Counted from the stretch's first letter, positions 9,214 to 19,120 are shown. The stretch is 48,832 nucleotides of DNA from Chitinophagaceae bacterium (GCA_031406595.1 JANOHQ010000256.1:1-48832), one strand, 5' to 3'. Made by a program: numbers and translations. Notes: generated by a model from the sequence alone, not told the origin.

Positions 9214-10469
9214 TGCGGAACGATTTACATTCATGGAGAAGCCCTGTCTTTTTTATACTGATCGTTACCATGATGGTGGCTTTGTTCTTTTCCCGTGCCG
9301 TTCTTTCGCTCAGTATGATGGCTTTTGTCGCAGCTTCTTTTTTTCATACCGGGATCAAAAAACAATTCATCCGTTTCTTTTCCTCGCCGCTGCTTTGGGG
9401 AATGAGCCTGCTTTTTTTCATACCGCTTCTGTCTGGGTTGTGGAGCGGGGATAAAAAGGAATGGATGGATATTCTCCGGATCAAACTTCCATTGCTTTTT
9501 CTGCCACTCGCTTTTGCAGGGTATCCCGATAGCTATTCATTTTCAAAAAAGCAATGGGAATGGCTGGGAATTATTTTTATCGGGCTGGTGGCAACAGGTA
9601 GCTGCTGGAGTCTTTTTCATTATTTGTCCAACCCGGCAGCCATCGGCGAGAGTTACCTGAAAGCAAAGACGATCGTTACACCACTCGAAAATGACCATGT
9701 TCGCTTCAGCTGGCTGGTCAGTGTTGCCATCTTGCTCACCGGCTGGTTATGCATTGAAAAAAGAAATGAGAATAAAATATTGTTCTTTTCACTGGTCATA
9801 GTGGCAGCATGGCTCATCATCTTCCTGCATGTTCTGGCGGTAAGAACAGGGCTGTTTTGCTTTTATATAATGGTAGCCGGAACAGCGGCATGGCTGATCG
9901 TAAAAAAAATACGATGGCAATGGGGAGTCGGGCTACTGCTGCTGCTGATAACTTTGCCCATCGTGGCGTATAAAACGATTCCCACATTCCAGAACCGGGT
10001 CAGCTATTTTTTATATGACAGGAGCTTTTTTAAGAAAGGGGAGTACTGGCCGGAGTCGACCGATGCCGTCAGGATCATTTCACTCAAAGCGGGTTGGAAT
10101 GTGATGCAACAGCATCCTGTGAAGGGAGTGGGTTTTGGAGATGTACTGACTGCCAGTAAACTATGGTACGGCGAGCATTATCCACAGATGATCGAAAGCG
10201 ATAAGATCTACCCCTCCGGTGAATGGATGATGTATGGAGCGGCGGCGGGCTGGCCGGGTTTTTTAGTATTCAGCTTCTGTATGCTTGTTCCTTTTTTTAT
10301 CAAAACAAATAATATACTCCCCTGGTGGCTCCTGAATGCAACCGCTGCTTTTAGTTTCCTGTTTGATATCGGGTTGGAAGTGCAGTTTGGCGTTTTTATT
10401 TATTCCTTTGTCATTTTGTGGTGTTACCAATGGATGAACGAAGGAAAAACTTATTCTATCCGACAATAA
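9213..10469 (+). CDS. O-antigen ligase family membrane protein
   Basis: About 12 TM helices, VRTG motif, periplasmic loop R...HP..GVGFG; adjacent GT2. Confidence 0.8.
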   Translation: MRNDLHSWRSPVFFILIVTMMVALFFSRAVLSLSMMAFVAASFFHTGIKKQFIRFFSSPLLWGMSLLFFIPLLSGLWSGDKKEWMDILRIKLPLLFLPLAFAGYPDSYSFSKKQWEWLGIIFIGLVATGSCWSLFHYLSNPAAIGESYLKAKTIVTPLENDHVRFSWLVSVAILLTGWLCIEKRNENKILFFSLVIVAAWLIIFLHVLAVRTGLFCFYIMVAGTAAWLIVKKIRWQWGVGLLLLLITLPIVAYKTIPTFQNRVSYFLYDRSFFKKGEYWPESTDAVRIISLKAGWNVMQQHPVKGVGFGDVLTASKLWYGEHYPQMIESDKIYPSGEWMMYGAAAGWPGFLVFSFCMLVPFFIKTNNILPWWLLNATAAFSFLFDIGLEVQFGVFIYSFVILWCYQWMNEGKTYSIRQ

Positions 10470-10512
10470 ACGCCAGGTCCTTATTTTTTTTGGCAACTCT
10501 TTCTCTTATATT

Positions 10513-10620
10513 TTGAATCACCCTTCCTCCGTCAGGGCATGCTGCGGAGGAAAGGCACATAGTTTAATACATAGAAAACTATGTGACCCTATATTTCTAT
10601 GTTACTCCTATGTGGTTCAA
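10513..10620. repeat. Composite palindromic element (CACATAG/CTATGTG type with a nested CCTTCCTCCG..CGGAGGAAAGG hairpin)
   Basis: TTGAATCAC[insert]CACATAG ... CTATGTGGTTCAA; related copy at 45463-45560. Confidence 0.65.
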
Positions 10621-10680
10621 GTCTGAACCCCATGAAAAAACTATAAATTGACACATAAAAAGGTGTAATCTTTGCATGAG

Positions 10681-11454
10681 ATGCAATCATTATCCGTTGT
10701 GATTATTTGTAAAAATGAGGCCGCGATCATCGGCAAAACACTACAGAGCCTGGAAGGGCTTACGGATGATATTATTGTATATGACAATGGCAGTACGGAC
10801 GATACCGTGGCGATCGCCCAAAAATTCCCGGTAAAACTCCAGGAAGGGTTCTGGGCAGGGTTTGGCCGGACAAAAAATATAGCTAACGCAAAGGCCCGCT
10901 ACGACTGGATCCTGAGCCTTGATGCGGATGAGGTGATCGATGAACAACTGAAAAAAATCTTACTGGCATTATCATTGGGCGATGAAATGACGGCGTATGA
11001 AATAAAATTTAAAAACTTTTTTGGTGATAAATGGCTGCGATTCGGGGAATGGGGAAATGATAAACATATCCGTTTGTACAACCGCAGGAAGGTAAACTGG
11101 GATGAAGAACCCGTGCACGAGAAATTGTTGTTTCCCGAAGGAACAACAATCAGCAGGCTTAAAGGAAACGTGCTGCATTACACCGCTATCGACATTGAAA
11201 AATACCGGTCCAAATTGGCGAAGTATGCCGTGCTGAATGCAAGAAAATATTATGAGCAGGGCAAAAAAGCAGGACTGTTTAAAAAATATGTGGCATCGAT
11301 TTTTTCATTTGTACAAAATTATATTTTCAGGGCAGGGTTCCTCGATGGTGAAGCGGGGTATCGCTGTGCAATGATGACCTCAAAATACACCTATGATAAA
11401 TATACAAGCCTGGAGAAAATGAGTAAGAAGATAAAAGATAATAGTGATAGATAA
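10681..11454 (+). CDS. Glycosyltransferase family 2 (LPS core, KdtX/WaaE-like)
   Basis: LSVVIICKNE, DNGSTD, WILSLDADE, VHE, GFLDG. Confidence 0.9.
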   Translation: MQSLSVVIICKNEAAIIGKTLQSLEGLTDDIIVYDNGSTDDTVAIAQKFPVKLQEGFWAGFGRTKNIANAKARYDWILSLDADEVIDEQLKKILLALSLGDEMTAYEIKFKNFFGDKWLRFGEWGNDKHIRLYNRRKVNWDEEPVHEKLLFPEGTTISRLKGNVLHYTAIDIEKYRSKLAKYAVLNARKYYEQGKKAGLFKKYVASIFSFVQNYIFRAGFLDGEAGYRCAMMTSKYTYDKYTSLEKMSKKIKDNSDR

Positions 11455-11519
11455 GAGATAAAAGTTGAGTTCCCGCCAGTGCCCGGATGCTTCGGGTAAC
11501 AGGGATTAAACTTTTATCT

Positions 11520-11551
11520 ACTGAGCTCTGAGCTAGTCGAAGAGTCGAAGT
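11520..11551. repeat. CTGAGC..GTCGAAG REP-like unit nested in itself
   Basis: ACTGAGC[TCTGAGCTAGTCGAAGA]GTCGAAGT; simple copy TCCTGAGCCTGTCGAAGGA at 24686-24704. Confidence 0.65.
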
Positions 11552-11575
11552 GTAATTTTTAGTTTTTAGTTACCC

Positions 11576-12217
11576 ATGACCAATTTCATTCCCATATTCC
11601 CGCTTGGCATCGTAGTCTATCCCGGTGAGAACCTGAACCTTCACATATTTGAACCCCGCTACAAACAACTGATCAATGAGTGTCATGCTGCTAAAAAACC
11701 ATTCGGCATTCCCACCGTTATCGCAAATAAGATAGAGGATTATGGCTGCATGGTGGAGATCACTGAGTTGTCAGAAACCTATGACAACGGTGAGATGGAC
11801 ATCAAAACAAGGGGAATGAAAGTATTCCGGGTGCTGGAAATCATCACCGAAGTCCCGGATAAATTGTACAGCGGTGCTATCGTCAACTATCCCGACAATT
11901 ATGGAAAAGGTGTTCCGGAGTTGATGCGGAAAGTGATGAACAGTATCCGGGAACTGCACTTGTTGTTGAAAGTAAACAAAGACTTTAAAAAGCCGGACAA
12001 TGAACTCAATTCCTATGAAGTGGCACATCATATCGGCCTTTCGCTGGAGGAAGAATACGAACTCCTCAAGCTGCTCGACGAAAGACAAAGACAGGAATAC
12101 CTGAAAAGACATCTTGCCAGGGCTATACCCATGGTAGCCGGAATGGAAAAATTAAAAGAGAAAATAAAACTAAACGGACATTTTAAGAATTTGGGTGGGG
12201 TGGACCTGGGGAAATGA
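11576..12217 (+). CDS. LON peptidase substrate-binding domain protein
   Basis: IPIFPLGIVVYPGENLNLHIFEPRYKQL; no AAA or protease domain. Confidence 0.88.
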   Translation: MTNFIPIFPLGIVVYPGENLNLHIFEPRYKQLINECHAAKKPFGIPTVIANKIEDYGCMVEITELSETYDNGEMDIKTRGMKVFRVLEIITEVPDKLYSGAIVNYPDNYGKGVPELMRKVMNSIRELHLLLKVNKDFKKPDNELNSYEVAHHIGLSLEEEYELLKLLDERQRQEYLKRHLARAIPMVAGMEKLKEKIKLNGHFKNLGGVDLGK

Positions 12218-12895
12218 TCATTTTTTCTTTTTAAGCGCAATTTCATAGCTGACGGTAGCTCCGCACCATAATGCGGTAAGGTTAGCACGTTTACGATCTT
12301 CTATCATGTATCCATCCAGCGAGATCTTGAATCCTTTGTGTTGATACCCGAGACTAAGTCTGGGCCCAAAGTGCAGGAATGTTCCCTTATAATGTACAGT
12401 AAAAGGCGAACCCGACGCTGAAGTATCAGTAAGCACTACATCCCATCGAGAATTTATGTTGGTAAGCCCCAGTCCTGCCAAAACAAAAAAATTCTTGCCT
12501 GTTTTTTTCCCGGCCCCGATCTTCTTTTCAATATCCAGGAAAATGTCGCTCTTAAAATTCTTTTTTGTGCGCAGGTTTTGAGGGTAGAGGTTGGCGTAGT
12601 TGATTCCTTCTATGCGGTGAAACTGGTTATACCTTCCATAAGCCGAAAGTGAAAAAAGCCAGCTGCCCGCTGTTTGCCAACCAAAGCGGGTATGAAGGGA
12701 AACAGGCCTCCAGAATTTGGTGTCACTGCCCGGTAAACTATTGTCCCGGGGTAAGGGGCCTCTTGGGACATCTTCAACATCGATAGGGTACATCCTGTAA
12801 TCAAGTCCACCTCCAACAAACCAACCGGGTTTACCTTTCTGTCCGCTGCTGGCCAATGTAATGAACAAAAACAATATCCAAACTGTTTTCTTCAT
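12218..12895 (-). CDS. Hypothetical exported protein, probable outer-membrane beta-barrel
   Basis: Signal peptide; amphipathic strands (GGGLDY, GPRLSLGY, GATVSY). Confidence 0.65.
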   Translation of the reverse strand: MKKTVWILFLFITLASSGQKGKPGWFVGGGLDYRMYPIDVEDVPRGPLPRDNSLPGSDTKFWRPVSLHTRFGWQTAGSWLFSLSAYGRYNQFHRIEGINYANLYPQNLRTKKNFKSDIFLDIEKKIGAGKKTGKNFFVLAGLGLTNINSRWDVVLTDTSASGSPFTVHYKGTFLHFGPRLSLGYQHKGFKISLDGYMIEDRKRANLTALWCGATVSYEIALKKKK

Positions 12896-12953
12896 TGATA
12901 AAAATTAAAACAATTAAACGAAAGTCCTACATTTAATATTGAATATAAAAAAC

Positions 12954-13682
12954 ATGCCCACCACTCTTTGTTTTGATTTCGGCAATACAAGAAAGAAAGT
13001 CGCTGTTTTCGAAGGAGCGGAAATAAAAGGAGCCATCGTACTGGAAGACGATAGTGTTGAAACCATTTCAGCACTGATCGAACAATATGGTCCTGCCAAA
13101 TCCATTCTCTCTTCGGTGATCGATCATAATACAGAGATCGAAACATTGCTGGCATCCAAAACAAAATTTCACAAACTCAGTCACCTCACCAAAGTCGCAT
13201 TCACCACACCGGTTGGCAAACCCGAATCCATTGGTGCCGATAGGTTGGCTCTTGCTGCAGCGGCTGTTCACTATTATCCGGGGAAGAATAATTTTGTGAT
13301 CGGCCTTGGTACCTGCATCACCTACAACTTCATCAACAAGTACAATGAGTTTGTCGGTGGTGGTATTTCACCCGGGATGGAAATGAGGCTGAAATCATTG
13401 AATCATTATACGGCTAAACTACCATTGGTGAAAGCGGATAGTAATTTACCCCTGATCGGCTACGATACTGCCACCAATATCCTCTCCGGGGTGGTGCTTG
13501 GCATGGCTAAAGAGATCGATGGCTTTGTGGAAGCATACCGGGAGCGTTTCAGGAACTTTAACGTCCTGTTAACCGGGGGTGATATAGTGTATTTGGCTTC
13601 GCACCTTAAAAACAAGATATTTGCAGACCCTGATTTAATCTTTAAAGGTCTGTATGCAATTAGTGAAGTCAATAACCCCTAA
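12954..13682 (+). CDS. coaX: Type III pantothenate kinase
   Basis: DFGNT, IGADR, GLGTCIT, GGGISPG, LTGGD, DPDLIFKGL. Confidence 0.93.
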   Translation: MPTTLCFDFGNTRKKVAVFEGAEIKGAIVLEDDSVETISALIEQYGPAKSILSSVIDHNTEIETLLASKTKFHKLSHLTKVAFTTPVGKPESIGADRLALAAAAVHYYPGKNNFVIGLGTCITYNFINKYNEFVGGGISPGMEMRLKSLNHYTAKLPLVKADSNLPLIGYDTATNILSGVVLGMAKEIDGFVEAYRERFRNFNVLLTGGDIVYLASHLKNKIFADPDLIFKGLYAISEVNNP

Positions 13683-15123
13683 GAGAATCAAGACGTTACA
13701 CTGCTTATCCCTGGCGTTCCTGGTTTTATTTCTCAGCTCTGTTCAACCTGTTTTTTCGCAGGATAACTCTCCTTATTCCAGGTATGGTATAGGCGACCTC
13801 ACTCCACCTACACATATTATCAACAGGGGAATGGGGGGTATTTCAATGGGTTATTCGGACCCTTATTCGGTCAATTTCAGCAATCCCGCTTCTTATGCTT
13901 CTTTCCAGGCCATCCTGGAACAGAAATCGAAGAAAGTTATTTCCGGAAGAGCTATCCTGGATGTAGGTGTGAATTTTGAGAACAGGACATTGAGAGAGCC
14001 GAACACCACGAAACCGAAATTCACCGCGAGCAATGCATTGTTCTCTTATATACAGGTAGGAATGCCGCTGAAGAATAACTGGGGATTAAGTTTTGGTCTT
14101 CGTCCTGTTTCCAGGATCAGTTATAATATAATCCGCGGTGAAATATTGTATGATCCTAATACCGGGTTGAGGATCGACAGTGCTGTTACTAATTACACGG
14201 GTAATGGCGGAGCTTACCTGGCTTCAGTAGGTACAGGGTTTACTATCTACCGCCATACAGAGACAGTAGGTGGTAAAGAAATAGAGAAGCGCAAATTGAA
14301 CATTGGATTTAACGGCGGTTATTATTTTGGCTCAAAAGATTACAGCACAAGAAGAAGTTTGATCAATGATACGGTAGCTTATTACCAGGCGAATTATGAA
14401 ACAAAGACCAATTTTGGTTCGCTTTTTTTTAACGCGGGTTTACAGTATAAAATAATGCTCGCCACTAAAAAGAAAAACAAAGACGGTAGTCCCAAAGAGG
14501 GTCTGATGCTCACGATTGGCGCTGCTGGTAACTGGGGTCAGAAGATCTCTGCTACACAGGATGTATTGAGAGAAACTTACTTTTTTGATCTTGATCAGGG
14601 GAATCTTCGTCTCGACAGCGTATCGGATAAGCGGAATGTAAAAGGAAAAATCAATATTCCTGCTTCCTACACAATCGGTTTTATGGCACAGAAATATACT
14701 GTACCCAATAAAGAAGGTGGATGGATGCTGGGTATCGATTTCGTTCAGCAGAACTGGAGCCAGTATCGTTTTTATGGACAGGTGGATTCGGTGCGGAATA
14801 ACTGGCAGATCAAAGTGGGCGGACAATTGAACCCGGTACCTAAAAGAACTTATTTCAGCAATGTGGCCTATCGTTTCGGATTCTTTATTGGTCCTGATTA
14901 TATAAAATTGGGGCAAAAACTGCCACTGTTGGGTGGAAGTTTTGGCTTAGGATTACCGATCGGTCGCAGCACCCAGGCACCCAACCAGGTTACGCTGATC
15001 AACCTGGCATTTGAATACGGCAAAAGAGGAAATAATGATAATTTGCTAAAAGAATCGTCGTTCCGGTTTTCCCTTGGCTTCTCGCTGAGCGACTTCTGGT
15101 TCATTAAAAGGAAATATGATTAA
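13654..15123 (+). CDS. Outer-membrane beta-barrel protein (conserved coaX-lptC neighbour, FadL-like)
   Basis: NSPYSRYGIGDL, NPASY, C-terminal WF..RKYD; synteny. Confidence 0.78.
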   Translation: MQLVKSITPKRIKTLHCLSLAFLVLFLSSVQPVFSQDNSPYSRYGIGDLTPPTHIINRGMGGISMGYSDPYSVNFSNPASYASFQAILEQKSKKVISGRAILDVGVNFENRTLREPNTTKPKFTASNALFSYIQVGMPLKNNWGLSFGLRPVSRISYNIIRGEILYDPNTGLRIDSAVTNYTGNGGAYLASVGTGFTIYRHTETVGGKEIEKRKLNIGFNGGYYFGSKDYSTRRSLINDTVAYYQANYETKTNFGSLFFNAGLQYKIMLATKKKNKDGSPKEGLMLTIGAAGNWGQKISATQDVLRETYFFDLDQGNLRLDSVSDKRNVKGKINIPASYTIGFMAQKYTVPNKEGGWMLGIDFVQQNWSQYRFYGQVDSVRNNWQIKVGGQLNPVPKRTYFSNVAYRFGFFIGPDYIKLGQKLPLLGGSFGLGLPIGRSTQAPNQVTLINLAFEYGKRGNNDNLLKESSFRFSLGFSLSDFWFIKRKYD

Positions 15124-15131
15124 CCCCAAGT

Positions 15132-15149
15132 CTCCGCCAGCAGGCGGAG
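15132..15149. repeat. Short palindrome CTCCGCC-AGCA-GGCGGAG
   Basis: Perfect 7-bp stem between two co-oriented genes. Confidence 0.5.
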
Positions 15150-15162
15150 CCTCAGAGTCTGC

Positions 15163-15777
15163 ATGCAAACAGGATCACCACATACACCAGCAGGCTTTTT
15201 TAATCAAAAGGGCTACATTTTTAAATGGTTCAGGCTAATAGCTATGAGCTTATGGCTAACAGCTTTTTTACCTGGCTGTGAGAACGATGAAAAGGTCATT
15301 GAGGATATGACAAAGAAAGTAGTGATGAAGGAAGAAGCCATTAACATGGAAAGCCTGCTGAGCCAGAACGGAAAATTGCGGGCAAAGCTGAAAGCACCAC
15401 TTATGATCCGTGTTTTCGATGACACCGTGCATGCGGACTTCCCCAATTCATTACATTGCGATTTTTATGATGAGAATACCACGATAGAAACCTGGCTGGA
15501 TAGTAAGAAGGGCCGGTACTTTGAGAACCTGAATAAAGTGTACCTGTGGGATAGCGTTGTGGTCATTAACCGCAGCGGCGATACATTGAAATGCCTGGAT
15601 CTGTGGTGGGACCAGAACACGAAATTATTTTACTCCGACAATTACGCAGAATACCGGACTCCCGATAAAAAGATCTTTCCGGGCAAAGGACTCGAAGCCA
15701 CACAGGATTTCAGCCGGGTAACGTTTCGCTACCCTACAGGTCAGTTGAAAGTTTCGGAGAGCGGGTTGCCGCAATAG
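15163..15777 (+). CDS. lptC: LPS export ABC transporter periplasmic protein LptC
   Basis: S.NGKLRAKLKAP, L.DSVVVIN..GDTL...L.WDQ, G.GLEA.QDF; lipobox-like LPGC; start uncertain. Confidence 0.8.
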   Translation: MQTGSPHTPAGFFNQKGYIFKWFRLIAMSLWLTAFLPGCENDEKVIEDMTKKVVMKEEAINMESLLSQNGKLRAKLKAPLMIRVFDDTVHADFPNSLHCDFYDENTTIETWLDSKKGRYFENLNKVYLWDSVVVINRSGDTLKCLDLWWDQNTKLFYSDNYAEYRTPDKKIFPGKGLEATQDFSRVTFRYPTGQLKVSESGLPQ

Positions 15778-15924
15778 GTGGTTGCCGAAGGTGTCTGACG
15801 TCTCTTAGAGCTTCTGACATCTTCGGCATTCAAAAAAACAATTACATCAGTAAACCTACCCACTTCAACATCTCACTAACTTTAGGATCTAATACAGTAA
15901 CAATAAACTAAAAACCATAAACAA

Positions 15925-16914
15925 ATGGAGTATCGCTACATGGGCAAGACCGGCCTCCAACTCAGTTTACTTTCTTTCGGTAGTTGGGTAAGCTTTCACA
16001 AACAGATCGATGATAGTGTGGCAGATGAACTAATGGGTATCGCCTATGATAATGGTGTCAATTTTTTTGACAATGCTGAAGTTTATGCATTGGGTGAAAG
16101 TGAGAATATGATGGGTCGTGTATTAAAAAAGAAAAACTGGGACCGGACCTCCTACACCGTTTCTTCCAAAGCATTCTGGGGATGGAGAGGAACAGACAAC
16201 AAACCCAACCAGACCGGCCTCAGCCGTAAACATTTGATAGAAGCCTGTAACGAAGCCCTGCAACGTTTGCAGATGGATTACCTGGACCTGTATTTCTGTC
16301 ACCGTCCCGACAAAGGCACACCCATCGAAGAGACCGTCTGGACCATGCACAACCTGATCCAGCAGGGAAAGATCCTCTACTGGGGTACAAGTGAATGGAG
16401 CGGTGTAGAGATCATGGAAGCCCACCGCGTGGCGAATCAATACGGGTTGATCGGGCCTTCGATGGAACAACCGCAATACAACCTGCTCGAGCGGAATAAA
16501 ATGGAGAACGAGTTCCTGATGATCTTTAAAACGGTGGGCATGGGCACCACGATCTGGAGTCCTCTTGCATCGGGCCTGTTAAGCGGCAAATACAATGATG
16601 GCATTCCGGAGGGAAGCCGTTTTGGCTTGACCGGTTTCGACTGGCTAAAGGACCGGTGGATGAAAGACGACATGCTGAATAAAGTGCGGCAACTGGCAGC
16701 GCTGGCCAAAGAGATAGGCATCAGCATGCCGCAGTTAAGTATTGCCTGGTGTATAAAGAATCCACATGTAACGACCGCCATACTCGGGGCCACCAGTAAG
16801 GCGCAACTGCTGGAAAACCTGGGTTCGCTGGAGGCGCTGAACAAATTGAATCCGGAGTCCATGCAAAAGATCGATGATATTGTGCAGACGAAGCCGGTAT
16901 TGCCGGAGCATTGA
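15925..16914 (+). CDS. Aldo/keto reductase (Kv-beta-like)
   Basis: MEYRYMGKTGL, FFDNAEVY, DLYFCHRPD, YWGTSEW, WSPLASG. Confidence 0.93.
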   Translation: MEYRYMGKTGLQLSLLSFGSWVSFHKQIDDSVADELMGIAYDNGVNFFDNAEVYALGESENMMGRVLKKKNWDRTSYTVSSKAFWGWRGTDNKPNQTGLSRKHLIEACNEALQRLQMDYLDLYFCHRPDKGTPIEETVWTMHNLIQQGKILYWGTSEWSGVEIMEAHRVANQYGLIGPSMEQPQYNLLERNKMENEFLMIFKTVGMGTTIWSPLASGLLSGKYNDGIPEGSRFGLTGFDWLKDRWMKDDMLNKVRQLAALAKEIGISMPQLSIAWCIKNPHVTTAILGATSKAQLLENLGSLEALNKLNPESMQKIDDIVQTKPVLPEH

Positions 16915-16925
16915 TTTTTACGAAT

Positions 16926-16988
16926 GAACTCTCCAAGGGTTGAATTAATAGAATCTTTGTGTTTTAGGTTCCAACCCTCGGAGAGTTC
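16926..16988. repeat. REP-like inverted repeat (17-bp arms)
   Basis: GAACTCTCCAAGGGTTG ... CAACCCTCGGAGAGTTC, 16/17 complementary. Confidence 0.7.
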
Positions 16989-17000
16989 GTTGGCTTTCTT

Positions 17001-17034
17001 AAAAAGAAAGCCTCCCGTAAAAACGGAAGGCTTT
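17001..17034. terminator. Terminator-like hairpin
   Basis: AAAGCCTCCCGT-AAAA-ACGGAAGGCTTT; the longer T tract is on the minus strand. Confidence 0.6.
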
Positions 17035-17287
17035 AATTACATTGAGGGTGAACCGTTTGTTTTCATAGAGCGGCTACTGATCTCAAGTAGTTTTTTCAAT
17101 TGGATATCTGGATCAAAACGGGACGATCCTATAGTCTGGTTCAAAAGTAGAGTTTGTCTTCTTTTCCTGCCAGCGGAATTCCTGCCAATTATTTTGTTGT
17201 TGAAATTACCGGCAGCCCCGTAGAATTACTTACACTCTTCGGGGTAAGCAACCGGTCTTTTCCTATCTTCAAGGCTAAATAATCAAT

Positions 17288-18106
17288 ATGTCATTTGCCA
17301 ATAAGACAGCGATCATTACCGGGGGTACCCGGGGTATCGGGAAAGCCATTGCCCTGAAGTTAGCCGCAGAGGGCGCTAATATTGTGATCGCTGCCAAAAG
17401 CGTGGAAGAGAACCCCAAACTCGGCGGTACGATCTTTACGGCAGCGGCCGAGATTGAGGCAGCGGGAGGCAAGGCGCTGGCGGTGCAATGCGATATCCGT
17501 TTTGAGGATCAAGTACAGAACGTGATCGATAAGACGATAGAGAAATTCGGCGGTATCGATATCCTGGTCAATAATGCTTCGGCGATCTCACTCACCGGTA
17601 CTGAACAAACCGAATCCAAACGTTTCGACCTGATGCAGTCGATCAATGTGAGAGGAACATTCCTGGTTACCAAAGCCTGTATCCCTTATTTAAAAAAAAC
17701 GGAGAATCCTCATATCCTTACTTTGTCGCCACCCATCAACCTCGATCCGAAATGGTTTGAGAAACATGTGGCGTATACCCTCACCAAGTATAATATGAGC
17801 ATGATGACGATCGGTTGGGCAGCCGAATTCAAGAAAGACAGGATCGCTGCCAATGCGCTCTGGCCAAGGACCACCATCGATACGGCTGCGGTAAGAAACC
17901 TGCTCGGCGGCACTATGCTCGCCAATATGAGTCGTACGGTGGATATCATCGCCGATGCCGCTTATTATATTCTTCGTCAGCCTTCCACTGAATGCACCGG
18001 TAATTTATTCGTGGATGAACAGGTACTGGCAAAAGAAGGGATCACGGACCTGGAGAAATATTCGGTAGTGCCGGGAGCGAAGTTGTATAATGATTTGTTT
18101 GTGTGA
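17288..18106 (+). CDS. SDR family NAD(P)-dependent oxidoreductase (HSDL2-like)
   Basis: TGGTRGIG, NNASA, YTLTK catalytic motif, NALWPRT. Confidence 0.93.
   Translation: MSFANKTAIITGGTRGIGKAIALKLAAEGANIVIAAKSVEENPKLGGTIFTAAAEIEAAGGKALAVQCDIRFEDQVQNVIDKTIEKFGGIDILVNNASAISLTGTEQTESKRFDLMQSINVRGTFLVTKACIPYLKKTENPHILTLSPPINLDPKWFEKHVAYTLTKYNMSMMTIGWAAEFKKDRIAANALWPRTTIDTAAVRNLLGGTMLANMSRTVDIIADAAYYILRQPSTECTGNLFVDEQVLAKEGITDLEKYSVVPGAKLYNDLFV
18042..18106 (+). repeat. 65-bp direct repeat, copy 1 (3' end of the SDR gene)
   Basis: 58/65 identical to 19121-19185. Confidence 0.9.
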
Positions 18107-18121
18107 TTTTAATATAGAGGA

Positions 18122-19084
18122 ATGAAAAGGGGAATGTTTGTTTTATTGTTCTGTGCTTTTTTCATTAAAGCACTTAGCCAACGAAAGGATTTTGAAGGAA
18201 TCATTACTTATAAAATAGAAGTAAAATCAAAAAGTGGTCAAATCTCTGATAAAATGATGGGAATTTTTTTGGCGCTTGGGGGCGACAAAAAGACAACCTA
18301 TATAAAATCGGGCAACTACCGGCAGAGTTCAGGTTTTACGGAAGTGTACTACATAAACAAGGATCAGAAAGTTTATTATAAGTTTAAAAATGTAGACACG
18401 CTTTACTACCTGGACTATGCTTCTGATACCAGTAAGGTGATTGGTATTTCCAGGCCGAAGGAGCAGCAAAAAATCATGGGCTTTCAATGTAATTCAATTG
18501 TTTTGAAATCCAATTCCGGTACAACCAAATACTTTTTTTCCCCGCAACTTCGTCAGAACCCTGCATATGATAAAGACAATACGATTGGTAATTTCAATGT
18601 TTATGCGAAGGAAACAGGATCGGTATGGCTTTCGTGTTACGATGAGGCAAACCTGTATAGTACCTTGCACACAGCTACCAAAGTAGATGACAAACCAATT
18701 GGCGAAAATATTTTTGAATTGCCGGCGCTCCCCCAGAAAAAATTTATTTCAAGTGAAATGATCAGAGAGCCCGAATTTGGCGGTAATACTACCTGGAAGA
18801 AATACCTGGAAACAAAAACCAATAATGCGTTGGGATCGGAATATATAGAGATCCCTAAAGGAGAATCGGGTGCCATCCAGGTTGTCAAAGTGAGTTTTTG
18901 GGTATCAGAAAAGGGGGAAGTGCAACAGGTTTCTATTTTAAATGCTAACGAAATACATCCTAAGCTGGCAGAAGAAGCTATACGGGTAGTAAAAACATCA
19001 GGAATCTGGAAACCGGCTACCATTTACGGCGAGAAGATCGACTTTGTGCTGAACCAGCCAATCACTTTCCAGGTGTATAAATAA
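18122..19084 (+). CDS. Exported protein with C-terminal TonB_C domain
   Basis: Signal peptide, FEGIITY N-domain; PEFGG..W.KYL, VSFWVSEKGEV, EEAIRVV, WKPA, QPITF. Confidence 0.8.
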   Translation: MKRGMFVLLFCAFFIKALSQRKDFEGIITYKIEVKSKSGQISDKMMGIFLALGGDKKTTYIKSGNYRQSSGFTEVYYINKDQKVYYKFKNVDTLYYLDYASDTSKVIGISRPKEQQKIMGFQCNSIVLKSNSGTTKYFFSPQLRQNPAYDKDNTIGNFNVYAKETGSVWLSCYDEANLYSTLHTATKVDDKPIGENIFELPALPQKKFISSEMIREPEFGGNTTWKKYLETKTNNALGSEYIEIPKGESGAIQVVKVSFWVSEKGEVQQVSILNANEIHPKLAEEAIRVVKTSGIWKPATIYGEKIDFVLNQPITFQVYK

Positions 19085-19120
19085 TGGTTTAGGTTTCGGT
19101 TCGACAATTTACCCGGTTAT

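Noticed and set aside
16924-17223. 99-aa plus-strand ORF and a ~60-codon open minus frame
   Set aside because: The plus ORF runs through an IR and a terminator; neither has recognisable motifs, and the minus frame lacks a good start
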